This document shows positions 35,531-48,506 of a stretch of 64,000 nt of DNA, piece after piece (position 1 is the stretch's first letter; every line of letters starts with the position of its first letter). The notes beneath the pieces were generated by a model. That model was not told the DNA's origin and did no database searches. It was given only the letters and a program-made list of their open reading frames with translations. Made by a program: the position numbers and the translations under genes. The DNA is from Malacoraja senta. Its lineage: Eukaryota. The stretch lies in contig CM075992.1 in NCBI GenBank assembly GCA_038087875.1, positions 9,612,001 through 9,676,000 of the forward strand. Reading direction: 5' to 3'.

Positions 35531-38500
35531 GTGGAGTATTTAATAATATTTCTTGTATTACGGACATAATATTTCTTGTATACAGGAGATAAAACTTAGC
35601 ACAAACATAATTCAGTTTAAAAAGATGTACAAAAACACTTTTTTAAAAGGATATTGTGATGAGGATAGGTGATTGTGAGTGGGATATTTGTTATACTGAT
35701 TGTATTGGGAAGGGTGATTATAGGGTGTACACAAAAATGCTGGAGAAACTCAGCGGATGCTGCAGCATCTATGGAGCGAAGGAAATAGGCAACATTTCGG
35801 GCCGAAACCCTTCTTCAGACTGGGTGATGGGTTGTATATATGACTAAGAGATACTGTATAGTATATGAGGGTTTTTTTCTTTTCTCTTTTCTTTTTTTCT
35901 CTCTTTTTTGTATGGCTTTGTAAATATTTGATTGGTGTATAAATGTAAATAATTTGGTGTACATATAGCTGCTGGTGTACATATGGTGTACATATAGCTG
36001 CTAAATTTGTATAAGATAATTATAAGCAGTTGAATAAGGGGTGGGAATTAATAAGCTTTGGCTTCTTCCTGCTCCTTTTCGGACACATACGATTTCATTT
36101 ATTTATAGATATTGTTTATGACACTTTATAAATATTCTTCTTGTTTTGTTTTTTGTATGCTGTTTCACACTTGCTTTTTATTCTTTTATTCTGTTCGAAA
36201 TAAAGAATTAAATAAATGGTGGTGGGTTTATTAGTATTGTTTTGTATTATTCATGTTATTGTAAATAATTGATTAAATTTAGTTTTGATTTAATATAAGG
36301 AAGGCCGCTGAGTGAGACCTGGCTGGTGTCCGTCGAGAATGAAGGCCTGGATCGCCGCTGCGAGGAAATATAGACTTACTTTTGATTTAATTTTTGTAAC
36401 TTAGTTGCCTCCAGAAACATGGCAACACTTATGTACTGCCTAGGTGAGGGCTGCTGTAGGATTTTGCCGGGTTGTACGCAAGAACAAAGCTTCTCACTTG
36501 TGGTACATGTGGACAACACAGTGTCATTGACTTAAATCATTGATTCATTGAGAAGCTGCTGTTGGAGTTCACACCCACTGGACCCTCAGCGCTGGTATGG
36601 GGGAGGTTGTGGAAAGGGTAAAGCATAGAAAACAGAGAAACATAGACAAGAGGTGCAGGAGTAGGCCTTTCGGCCCTTCGAGCCAGCACCGCCATTCAAT
36701 ATGATCATGGCTGATCATCTAAACTCGGTACCCTGTTCCTGTTTTTTCCCCCATACCCCTTGATTCCTTTAGCCCTAAGATCTAAATCTAATTCTCTCTT
36801 GAAAACATCCAGAATTCCACAGATTCACAACTCTCTGGGTGAAAAAGTTTTTCCTCATCTCAGTCCTAAATGGCCCACCGCTTATTCTTAAACCGTGACC
36901 CCTGGTTCTGGACTCCCCCAACATGGGGAACATTTTTCCTGCGTCTAGCCTGTCCAATCCTTTAAGAATTTGACATGTTTCTATCAGATCAATGGGATCA
37001 ATTGAAGGTGTTGTATATAAGCCTGGATTAGAGTGTGTTAACTAGAGGGGGAAATGGACAGACGTGGATTGTTTTCTCTGGAACGTCGGAGGTTATGGGA
37101 AGACCTAATAGAAGCGCAGTAGATAAGATTATGAGATAGATAGGGTGGACATTCAGAACCTTATAGTATATCAAATACTAGAGGACATACCTTTAAGGTA
37201 AGAGGGGCAAAGTTGAGCGGGACAGTTTTTTTTACACAGAGGGTGGTGGGTGCCTGGAACGGCTGCCATAGGTGGTGGTGGAGGCAGATACGATAGGAAC
37301 GTTTAAGAGACTTTTGGATAGGCACATGGATATGCAGGGAATATGCAGGGTATGGATTATATGCAGGCAGATAAGTTGGTCTTGGCATCATGTTGTGCAC
37401 AGACATTGTGAGCGGAAGGTCCTGTTCCTGTAGATAGACACAAAAAGCTGGAGTAACTCAGCAGGTCAAGCAGCATCTCTGGAGAAAAGGAATTGGTGAT
37501 GTTTCGGGTCAAGACCCTTCTTCATGGTTGCCTTTCACTGACTTTCTGCAACAACAGAATGGGTAAACACAAATTTAAACCCGATGCCAGGGATGGGGGG
37601 GGGGGGGGGGGGGGGGGTGGAAAGGTATAACTCCATCTTCCCTTTTCTTATTTCTTTTCTTTCCTCTTGCACTTCTTTGGTAGCTTAGGGGTCTTTTTCT
37701 TACTTTCTTTTATTTTCTCTTTCACCATTCTCTTCTTTTTTCTCTCTTTTTTCTCTCTTTTTTTTCTTTTTCTTTTTTATTTAGGTTTCACTGTTAAAAA
37801 TGAAGCTGTAGAATAATTTGCTTCTAAGAAGTACAATTGCTTCTAATAAAATTAATTTTGAAAAAAAAGACCCTTCTTCAGACTGAGTCAGGGGAAAGGG
37901 AAACGAGAGATATAGATGGTGATGTGGAGAGATGTAGAACAAAGATATGCAAACAGTAACCATGATAAAGGAAACAGGCCATTGTTAACTGGGCTCGGTG
38001 AGAATGGATACAGACAATGAGACAACAAGATGACTTTGAAGCTGGTACGACCTGGGTGGGGGAAAGAGGAGAGAGAGGGAATGCAGTGCTGTACTGTACT
38101 ATGCTCTATACATACAAGGGTGGGGTAAACAGTTTGGCTAACCTCACAATTGTATGTCAGGGATAGTTTCCCCTTCTCAATACGAAGCCGCAGGATATCT
38201 GTCGGACAAAATTGGCTACCAACCAATTCATCCCAGGAATGAGTGGGTTAACATATGATGAGCGTTTGAAGGCACTTGGCTTGTATTTGCTGGAGTTTAG
38301 AAGGATGAGGGGGGGACTTCATTGAAACTTACCGAATAGTGAATGGCCTGGATAGAGTGGATGTGGAGAGGTTGTTTCCACTAGTGGGAGAGTCTAGGAC
38401 CAGAGGTCGCAGCCTCAGAATAAAGGGAAGTACCTTTAGAAAGGAGATGAGGAAGAATTTCTTTAGTCAGAGGATGGTGAATCTGTGGAATTTGTTGCCA

Positions 38501-38679
38501 CAGAAGGTTGTGGAGGCAGTCCTTGGGTAGTTTTGATACAGAAATTGATAGACTCTTCATTAGTAAGGGTGTCAGGGCTTATGGGGAGAAGAGAGACACA
38601 AAATGCTGGAGTAACTGGCCTGCTTCCTTTATCATCGTAACTTTTTTGCATATCTTTCATTCATTGTTCTTTATAGAGT

Positions 38680-39760
38680 CATAGAGTAATTGCATGATAC
38701 AGTGTGGACACAGGCCCTTCGGCCCATCTTGCCCACACCGGCCAACATGTCCCAGCTACACTAGTTCCACCTGCCTGCCTTTGGGCCATATCCCTCCAAA
38801 CCTGTCCTATCCATGTACCCGTCCAACTGTTTCATAAATGTTGGGATAGTCCCAGCCTCAACTACCTCCTCTGGCAGCTTGTTCCATACACCCACCACCC
38901 TTTGTGTGAAAAAGTTACCCCTCGGATTCCTATTAAATATTTACCCCAATGTCCTCTGGTCCTCGATGTCCCTACTCTGGGCAAAAGACTCTGTGCATCT
39001 ACCCGATCTATTCCTCTCATGATTTTTATAAGATCACCCCCTTATCCTCCTGCACTCCAAGGAATAGAGACCCAGCCTACTCAACCTCTCCCTATAGCTC
39101 ACACCCTCTAGTCCTGGCAACATCCTCGTAAATCTTTTCAGAACCAATTCAAGCTTGACAATATCTTTCCTATAACTTGGTGCCCAGAACTGAACACAAT
39201 ATTCTAAATGCGGTCTCACCAACGTCTTATACAACTGCAACATGACCTCCCAACGTCTATACTCAATTGACTGATGAAGGCCAAAGTGCCAAAAACCTTC
39301 TTGACCTCCTTATCGACCTGTGACTCGAACTTCAAGGAACCATGCACTTGTACTCCTAGATCCCTCTGCTCCACAACACTCCCCAGAGGCCTACCTTAAC
39401 TGTGTAGGTCCTGCCCTTGTTACTTCACACTTCTCTGTATTAAATTCCATCAACCATTCCTCAGCCCACCTGGCCAATCGATCCAGATCCTGCTGCAATC
39501 GTTCACAACCATTTTCACTATCTGCAAAACCACCCACTTTTGTATCTTCAGCAAACTTGCTAATCTTGCCCAGTATGTTCACATCCAAATCATTGATGTA
39601 GATGACAAACAGTAACAAGCCCAGCACCGAACCCTGAGGCACACCACTAGTCACAGGCCTTCAGTCCAAGAAGCAACCTTCCACCATCACCCTCTGCTTC
39701 CTTCCATGAAGCCAATATTCTATCCATTCAGCTGTCTCTCCTTGGATCCCATGCGATCTA
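38680..39760 (-). mobile_element. CR1 LINE 3' portion
   Basis: TSGVPQGSVLG...KFAEDTK; LYKTLVRPHLEYCVQFW; (ctatga)-type tail. Confidence 0.9.
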
Positions 39761-40560
39761 AGGAGCTTCTACATCATCGTCTATATCTCTCGTTTCCCTT
39801 TCCTGTGCCTTTCAGCCTGAGGAAGGGGTTCGACCCGAAATTTCACCCATTCCTTCTCTGCCTGTCCCACTGAGTTACTCCAGCTTTTTGTGTCTGTCTT
39901 CGGCTTAAACGAGCATCTGCAGTTCCTTCCCATACAGGAATTTTATTGAAGTCTGAAGAAGGGTCCCGACCTGCAAAGTCGCCTATCCATGTTCTCCAGA
40001 GATGCAGCCTGACCTGCTGAGCTACTCTAGCACTTTGTGTATTTTTTTGTAAATCAGCATCTGCAGTTCCCTGTGTCTGCATCTTTCATCTCCAGCGATG
40101 TTATACCTGCCAATGGAACAGCGAGTCCGAACATATTCTCTTCCACCTGGCAGCATCTCTAGAGAGAAGGAATGGGTGATGTTTCGGGTCGACACCCTTC
40201 TACAGACTTCAATACAATTCCTGTGTGGGAAGGTACTGAAGTCACCCATTCCTTCTCTCCAGAGATGCTGCCTGTCACGCTGAGTTACTTCAGCATTTTG
40301 TGTCTCTCTTTTGCAGGTTGATCGGCTTGCTAAAATTGTAAGTTGTCCCTAGTGTGTGTAGGATAGTGTCAGTGTGCGGGGATCGCTGGTTGGCATGGAC
40401 TCGGTGGGCCGAAGGGCCTGTTTCCATGCTGTGTCTCTAAATTAAACTAAATGTTGGAATACACAGCAATCTGGTCAGTGTCTGTGGAGACAGAACAACT
40501 GAGTTAACGATACATGCAGATAACTGACAGTATAATTCGAGTCATAGTGTTATAAAATGG

Positions 40561-40789
40561 TAATAATAATAATAATAATGGATGGGATTTATATAGCGCC
40601 TTTCTATTACTCAAGGCGCTTTACATCGCATTATTCATTCACTCCTCAGTCACACTCGGTGGTGGTGAGCTACTTCTGTAGCCACAGCTGCCCTGGGGCA
40701 GACTGACGGAAGCGTGGCTGCTAATCTGCGCCTACGGCCCCTCCGACCACCACCAATCACTCACACACATTCACACACATTCACACGCA
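40561..40789 (-). mobile_element. 5'-truncated copy of the CORE-like L2-tailed SINE
   Basis: Near-identical reverse complement of about 13745-13965, including the (att)n tail. Confidence 0.88.
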
Positions 40790-41340
40790 TGGCAACAGGC
40801 CCTTCAGCCCATCTTGTCCATGCTGCCCCATTTAACTACATTTACCCCTCACAATGCTCAGTGGTTCAATGGAGTTTAGATTAGTTCAGAGATCCATCTG
40901 ACGTGGTCTGCATTTATAGAATTATTACAAATATAGGGTGCAAAGGTACCTTAAAAAAAAAAACTGAGGTCAGGTAAAGGGTGATGATAGTTGGAAAGTT
41001 GGTATGTCCCATTTGCGTAATGCTCATAAAAACTATTTGTTTTTCTCTTTCTCCTCTTTCTCTTTCTCCTTCTTTTCTAGGGTCTATTTCTTAACTCTTT
41101 TTCTTTTGTTTTTAATTTTGTTCTTATAGGGTCTTCGTTCTGTCTTGTTGTCACACTTTCTACACTTTCACTTTTCCCTTCACTTTCTTCTTTCTTTCAA
41201 TCTTATCCTTTCCTTTTACTAGTGTAAAAAACAAACGGAGTACATTAATTGTAAGAAGATATAAATGACGAGTACTAATGTATGTGGTTGTAATGTAATG
41301 TACTTCTAATAAATAAAAATAAAAAAATAAAAAAATAAAA

Positions 41341-41630
41341 GATTAGTTCAGAGATACAATGTGAAAACAAGCCTTCGGCCCACTGAGTCCGCACCGACCA
41401 GCGATCCCCGCACACTAACACTATGCGATACATACAAGGGAAATGTTTTATTTATGCCAAGCCAATTAACCTACAAACCTGTACGTCTTTGGAGTGTGGG
41501 AGGAAACCGAGAAAACTCACGGGGTCACGGGGAGAACGTACAAACTCCGTACAGACAGCACCCGTAGTCAGGGTAGAACCCGGGTCTCTGGCGCTGTAAG
41601 GCAGCAACCCTACCGCTGCGCTACCGTGCC
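41341..41630 (-). mobile_element. HE1-type V-SINE
   Basis: Full structure. Confidence 0.85.
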
Positions 41631-42202
41631 ACCTTATTTTATTGTCACATGTGTGAAGTGAAAAGGCACAGTGAAATTCTTTTCTTTACAAACAGCCCAG
41701 TAGAGTATCACCATACCACCCCAAGTAGCAAGTGTACAGAAATTGTCCACTGATCCTGCGTGCAAGAGGCGCCATGTTTTGCCGCCATTTTCCAAGTCCA
41801 GTCCACGCTCTAGTTCCTATGAGCGGTGCCCGATCCAGGCGAGCCCCAGGCTGCTGCAGGGCCTATAGCCACCACCTTCCTCAGTCGACCAGTGAACCCA
41901 CGTCCTTCTCCTCGCCCGTCCACTGTGGTTCCCCGGGGGTGGGAGCCTCACACAGCCAATTCCGCGAGGGTGCGGTGGGCCAGACCCCGGTTCCCTCTCC
42001 TCTCCTCCGGCTTCACTCCTTGCCCCTCCCCGTCAGTTGTCGTCGCCAGCACCCTCCATCCTCCCGCTCTCTGGTCTTTGAGGGACCGGCTGGGGCCGTC
42101 TCGGCGGCTCCCCCTGCAGGCCGTGCTCTGTGCTGGTTCTCACGGTCGCCCGTGTACCCTGTGGGTGCCTTCATCCCCACACTGAACCCTTCCGCTAGTT
42201 AT

Positions 42203-42517
42203 CGGGCGGCACGGTAGAGTTGCTGCTTTACTGCGCTTGCAGCTTCAGAGACCCGGGTTCGATCCCGACTATGGGTGCAGTCTGTACGGAGTTTGTACGT
42301 TCTCCCTGTGACCCCGTGGGTTTTCTCCAAGATCTTCAGTTTCCTCCCACACTCCAAAGACGTACAGATTTGTAGGCTAATTGGCTTGGTATAAATGTAA
42401 ACAAAATTGTCCCTAGTGTGTGTAGGATAGTGTTAATGTGCGGGGATCGCTGGTCGGCGCGGACCCGGTGGGCCGAAGGGCCTGTTTCCGTGCTGTATCT
42501 CTAAACTAAACTAAACT
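42203..42517 (+). mobile_element. HE1-type V-SINE
   Basis: Full structure with (taaac)n tail. Confidence 0.85.
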
Positions 42518-42729
42518 ACACATACGTCTATGCAAACATCTTCTAATGCAGTAAGAAATCCTTGCTCCTGTGCACAATGTCTCCCTGAACTGCTCACACG
42601 CCCCAGAATCTGGTATATCTGATCTGTGTGGACAGCGTGCAAAGCGAAGCTCTTCACTGTACTTCGGTACACATGACAATAATAAACCTGAACTAAACTT
42701 ACACCAGCTTATTTCCTTTCAGTGACTGA

Positions 42730-43120
42730 TCGAGTATCTTGTTCAGTTTTGGTCTCCCTGCTATAGGAAGGATGTTGTCAAGCTGGAAAGAGTGCAGGAA
42801 AGATTTACGCGGATGTTGCCAGGACTCGAAGGCCTTAGGTATAGGGAGAAGTTGGGCAGCGTGGGACTTTACCCCTTGGAGCGGAGCAGTATGTGAGGTG
42901 ATCTTATAGAGGTGTACAAAATCATGAGAGGAATAGATTGGGTAGATGCACAGAGTCTCTTGCCCAGAGTAGGAGAATCAAGAACCAGAGGACATAGTTT
43001 TAAGGTGAGGGAGGAAAGATTTAATAGGAATCTGAGAGGTAACTTTTTTGCACAAAGGGTGGAGGGTGTATGGAACGAGCTGCTGGAGGAGGTAGTTGAG
43101 GCAACATTTAAGAAACATTG
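42730..43120 (+). mobile_element. CR1 fragment
   Basis: YKIMRGID.VDAQSLLPRVGESRTRGH. Confidence 0.8.
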
Positions 43121-43394
43121 AGGGCTAAGGTGAGGTGTGTAAAATCATGAGAGATAGAGATAGGATGATTGCATTGTGTAGGAAGGAACTGTAGATGCTG
43201 GTTTAAACCGAAGATAGACACAAACTGCTGGAGGAACTCAGCGGGACAGACAGCATCACTGAAGAGAAGGATTGGGTGATGTTTTGGGTCAAGACCCTCG
43301 TTCAGACTGATGAATGCATCTTTTACCCAGGGAAAGGGAATTCTGAGGGGAAAGATTTAATAGCAACCTGAGGAGCAACTTATCATTCATGGGG

Positions 43395-44912
43395 TAGCAA
43401 TGTTACAACATTTTGAGATTTAAAAAATCAAGTCTGCAATTTATTCCATCAGATAAAGCATAAAAAGAAGTTTAATTTGACCTAATTCACTTTCATATCT
43501 TCAGTATTAAAAAAGTTACGGACATTTTCATACTCGGAAATTAGCATCTTGTTCCCTATTGCTTTTCCATTGACTTAACATAAAAGCTGTGATCGAGGAG
43601 TCAAAAGCCCATAACTTTCTTAAAAATTAAGACTACTGAATGAAATTTTCTGTTTTTATAGATTGAAGATTTCTGAAACAAATATAAAACATCTTACTTG
43701 GATGACCTGAAATTAAAACATATAATTAATTAATTACCTAATTGTAGCTAATTACAAAATTGACCGTTGTGACGGAAATAGTAATAAACACCCAGACTGC
43801 CTTGAACATTCAAAAATGTGATATTCTCAAGATCAGAACTTTAATATTATTGTATTATATGCTGTAAGTCCATAACAGATAGATAAATAAATGACAATTT
43901 CTAGCAATAGACCAGGTCTTTATGGAGAAGATCAGTTGCCAGCTGGTACATTGGCATACCATAATCAGTAGCATCATCATACTCCGCAGATTGTAACCAA
44001 TAAACAACTCTGTACACCTTGTTTTTCCTCAACTTTTCAATTTTAGCATTGTAAACTACAAGTTTTTGCTCTTCAAACCACACATGACATGCCTTTCTGC
44101 CCACTACTTTCACATTAAGAATGTCCTGTAGATTCCATTTCTTAAGAAAAGGATATTTTTTTTAAATAGCCTAAGTATCCAAATAACAAACTAATCCCAT
44201 TCACACAATAATTCACAATATAACATGATATTTAAATCTCACTGTCATGAATTTATAGGAATTTAATGTTTAATTCCCATAAATTAATCTAGAAACATCC
44301 ACTCAATATAATCAAAATTATTATTTTTTTGCACAATACATGGGACTAAAACTGATATTTAGTATAAAAATATTGACTATGGGTAGACAATAACACAAAA
44401 TATAGACGATTTAGATGCTTTTATGACATGATTGTCCAAAAAAAAGAGCATTTAAATCATCTTGTGAGTGGGTGTTTCTGGAACGCGATTGATTGGAACG
44501 TTGCGGTTGCAGTGAATTTGAATCCCATATCGGCAGGGGCTCAAATAACATTTTCGCAACGTAAAATTAGATTAAAGCCATCCCAAGAAGCAAGATTATA
44601 TGTAAAATATACAACTTACCCTTTGTTTTCTCCCGTTCTTGCGATCCGTCACGTTGTAGGCGTTGAGGGCGTTAGAAGTCACTTTTTATTTTAATCCAAT
44701 TATTAAATTGTCCAGCGAATTGAAAAAAACCCAAACAGGAACGGAAGTCGGATCGATTTTTATTCATCAGCTAGCAGCCCGAGGAAATCCGCCTCCGACA
44801 AGCGAGACAAATCTGCATTTTAATTCCCCCCCCCCTCAAAGGCACCAGAGTCGCACGCACAGCCAGTGGCAGAACTGCAGCACCGCTGAAAGTAGGTTTT
44901 GTAACATCACTA
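43395..44912. mobile_element. Longer copy of the TAG...CTA TIR DNA transposon with a coding remnant
   Basis: TIR TAGCAATGTTACAA versus TAGTGATGTTACAA; both arms homologous to 19977-21012; interrupts a CR1 fragment; TSD not recognisable. Confidence 0.8.
43901..44149 (-). pseudogene. C-terminal coding remnant with a Tudor/Spindlin-like pattern inside the DNA transposon
   Basis: FLKKWNLQDILNVKVVGRKACHVWFEEQKLVVYNAKIEKLRKNKVYRVVYW...LATDLLHKDLVYC*; stop-free and absent from the shorter copy. Confidence 0.45.
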
Positions 44913-46435
44913 CATTCTGTAGTGGTGGATGTATGAAATGAGCTGCCAGAAGAAGTATTTGGGGATGGTACAATATCAACATTTAAGAGGCGTTTGGACC
45001 GGTACGAGGATGGGAGAGCCAAACTGAGGCAAATGGGACTAGATTAGTTGGGACACCTGGGTCAGCATGGAGGAGTTGGGCCGAAGGACCTGTTTCCATG
45101 CTGTATGTCTCTATATGAGAATGGACACCAAGTCCCTCTGTACATCAGGCATCCCCTCCCTTCCTTAGTTACATAATACGCTGCCATCTCTTGACCACAT
45201 TCATCTTCTGTGTGTTTGATCTCTCAGTCAACCCGTCTCCATTGCCTCGAAGCCTCTTTGACTCAGAAGTTCATAAGCGATAGGAGCAGAATTAGGCCAT
45301 TCGACCCATCAAGTCTACTCCACCATTCAATCATGGCTGATCTATCTCTCCCTCCCAACCGCATTCTCCTGCCCTCTCCCCATAACCCCTGACACCCGTA
45401 CTAACGAAGAATCTATCTATTTCTGCCTTAAAAATATCTACTGACTTGGCCTCCTCAGCCTCCTGTGGCAAAGAATTCCACAGATTCACCACCCCTCTGG
45501 CTAAATAAATCTCCTCATCTCCTTCCTAAAGGTACGTCCTTTTATCCTGAGGCTGTGGTCTCTAGTCCTAGACTCTCCCACTAGTGGAAACTGGCCTCCT
45601 CCTGACATCTTACACCACCCCCCCCCTCCCCCCCTCCCCACCCCGAGTTCCCCGGCATTGACACAAGTCACAATATTACAGGAATCCAGATCAGTTACTT
45701 CATTCAATCTATGCTCAAACCTCCAGATATTTAGCTGGAGATTCAAGTTTAAATTCAAATCTCCAGCTAATTTTGAATTTAAACTCGCTTAGCTTAGAAT
45801 TAGCTTAGATTTAGTTTAAATTTCGAGCATGACATTAGCTCCCAAACTGATGGCCACTGATATCTATTGTGAGGAAGTGTGGTACAAGCACTCATCTCTG
45901 ATCACCCCACTGGTCACCGGCCATTGTTCCAGCTCGGGGTCCAATCTCTCACAGAATTTTCAATCTACGGTAACTTTGAGTTTATGATTATAATTTCTTT
46001 CCTTTGCCTCTTGTGGTCGACTGGGTTTTTGCCTCCATCTTGATCGCCACCTTCAGTTTTGCACCAAGTCGTGGACATCTATCGAATCTTGGAGCCAGAT
46101 CACACACATCTGTGGGTGGCACGGTGGTGCAGTGGTGGAGTTGCTGACCTCAGAGCGCCAGAGACCCGGGTTCGATCCCGACCACAGGTGCTGTCTGTAC
46201 GGAGTTTGTACCTCCTCCCCGTGACCTGCGTGGGTTTTCCCTGGGTGCCCCTGTTTCCTCACACATTCCAAAGATGTGCAGGTTTGTAGGTTTAATAAGG
46301 AACTGCAGATGCTGGAAAATTGAAGATCGACAAAAATGCTGGAGTAACTCAGTGGGTGAGGCAGCATCTATGGAGCGAAGGAACTAAGCGACGTTTCGGG
46401 TCTATTTCTTTTGCTCCATAGATGTTGCCTCACCC

Positions 46436-46948
46436 GGAGCACGAGAATGATTGCTGGAGAAGTTTAACATCTGCACAGCAACCAACTCCATTCCACGAGT
46501 CTGGCGAAAATCCAAGGTTGCTGCTTTACCAAAACCAGGCAAAGATGCCAATCTTCCCAGCAGCTACCGGCCTATATCCCTGCTGTGCCACCCATACAAA
46601 CTGATGGAAAGATGCATACTGAACCACATCACTACGCTGGATGTAGACGATGTCTTGATACCTGAACAGGCTGAATTCCGCCAGGGAAAGTCAACAACAG
46701 GACAACTGCTGAACCTCACTCAACACATTGAAGATGGCTTCGAGGGGAAGCTGATCACAGATGCAGTATTTGTAGACTGGACCGCAGCATATGACACTGT
46801 AAACCAACGTACCATGAAAGCCAAACTACAACAAACACTACACGACTCTTGTCCAGTTCATCAAGGCAATGATGGGGAACCGACGCTTCTTTGTACGCCT
46901 GAATGGTCGGAACAGCCGTTGGAGACGCCAATAGAATGGTCTACCTAC
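46436..46948 (+). mobile_element. I-group (Ingi/Vingi-like) LINE RT fragment
   Basis: WRKSKVAALPKPGKD...SYRPISLLCHPYKLMER...EQAEFRQGKST..QLLNLTQHIEDGF...AVFVD.TAAYDTVN. Confidence 0.7.
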
Positions 46949-47659
46949 GGGGATCGCTGGTTGGCGTGGACTTGCGGCCTGTTTCCCCGCTGGATCTCAA
47001 AACTAAACTAAACTAATCTCCCACACTCTGGAATACTCTACCGTAGTTCCGCTTTCCACCCCTGGGTGGCAGTGCGATACCAGGGAGAAGTCCACATTCA
47101 CTCTGATACCTGTAGTTCTGCCCAAAGATTCTCCTTTGACCTGAAACCTCTAACATCTGAACACTCCTGACCTATCAACGTTGAATAGAGAGATGGTGAC
47201 ACAAGGAACAGCAGATGCAGGTTTACTGAAAAAGGGCATGGCTGATCTATCTCTCCCTCTCAACCCCAATCTCCTGCCCTCTCCCCATAACCCCTGACAC
47301 CCATACTAATGAAAAATCTACCTATCTCTGTCTTAAAAATATCTATTGACTTGGCCTCCACAGCCGTCTGTGGCAATGAATTCCACAGATTCACCATCCT
47401 CTGGCTAAATAAATTTCTCCTCATTTCCTTCCTAAAGGAATGTCCTTTAATTTTGAGGCCGTGGCCTCTGGTCCTAGACTCTCCCACTAGTGGAAACTGG
47501 CCTCCTCCTGACGTGCTGGAGAAAGCTCAAGTGGGTCAGGCAGCATCTCTTGAGAACTTGGGTAGGTGATGTTTCAGGTTGGGTCCCTTCTTCAGACATT
47601 GCAGTGGAGGGTGAAGGAAGGAACAGCAGTTTGCACCCAAGATAGACACAAAATATAGG

Positions 47660-48245
47660 GGGACAATCGAGAGCACATTAACCTACGGCATCACTTCCTG
47701 GTTCGGGAGCTGCAAGGCGTACGAACGGCACCAACTAGACAGGATTGTGAAGACCGCCAGCAGGATTATTGGTGCTCCACTCCCTTTCCTGCTGGACATA
47801 TACAGGAAGAGATGTATCAGCAGAGCCATCTCCATCATCAAACACCCCTACCACCCATCCCATCACATATTCTCCATCCTGCCATCTGGGAAGAGGTACC
47901 GGAGCATTAGGTGCAAAACCAGCAGGATGCTCATCAGCTTCTTCCCACAGGTTATAAGATTGATAAACGGACTTTGCCCCCTGCCAAAGTATCGTGCACC
48001 AACCACCAACCTGGACACACTGCAGCAGAGCCACTGTCGTGCCGCTGCCGATCGGAACGCCTGTTGATGTTTAGTAGAGAGTAGAGTGTTAATTTGTTCA
48101 TGATATATGTATTTTTACTTCTATTTATTTTTTACTGCACACACTGAAATGGACACTGGTTGAGGAACGTTTTTTTGTTTCCTCTGGGTATGTGAATACT
48201 CAGGAAATGACAATAAAAATATACAATACAATACAATACAATAAA
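47660..48245 (+). mobile_element. Rex1/Babar LINE 3' fragment
   Basis: KTASRIIG...HPSHHIFSILPSGKRYRSI...SFFPQVIRLIN; gacaataaa + (aatac)n. Confidence 0.8.
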
Positions 48246-48506
48246 ATGCTGGAGTAACTCCGCGGGACAGGCAGCATCTCTGGAGATAAGGAATGGGTGA
48301 TGTTTCGGGTCAAGGTTGAAGAAGGATCTCGACCCAAATCGTCACCCATTCCTTCTCTCCAGAGATGCTGCCTCACCTGCTGAGTTACTCCAGCATTGTA
48401 GTGAAGGGGGTGGGGTGAGAAAGTTGGAAGAGAGGAAGGGGCAGGACAGAGCCAGGCAAGTTGATAGGTGGATACAGGTGAGGGGGTTGATTGCCACATG
48501 AGCGTT

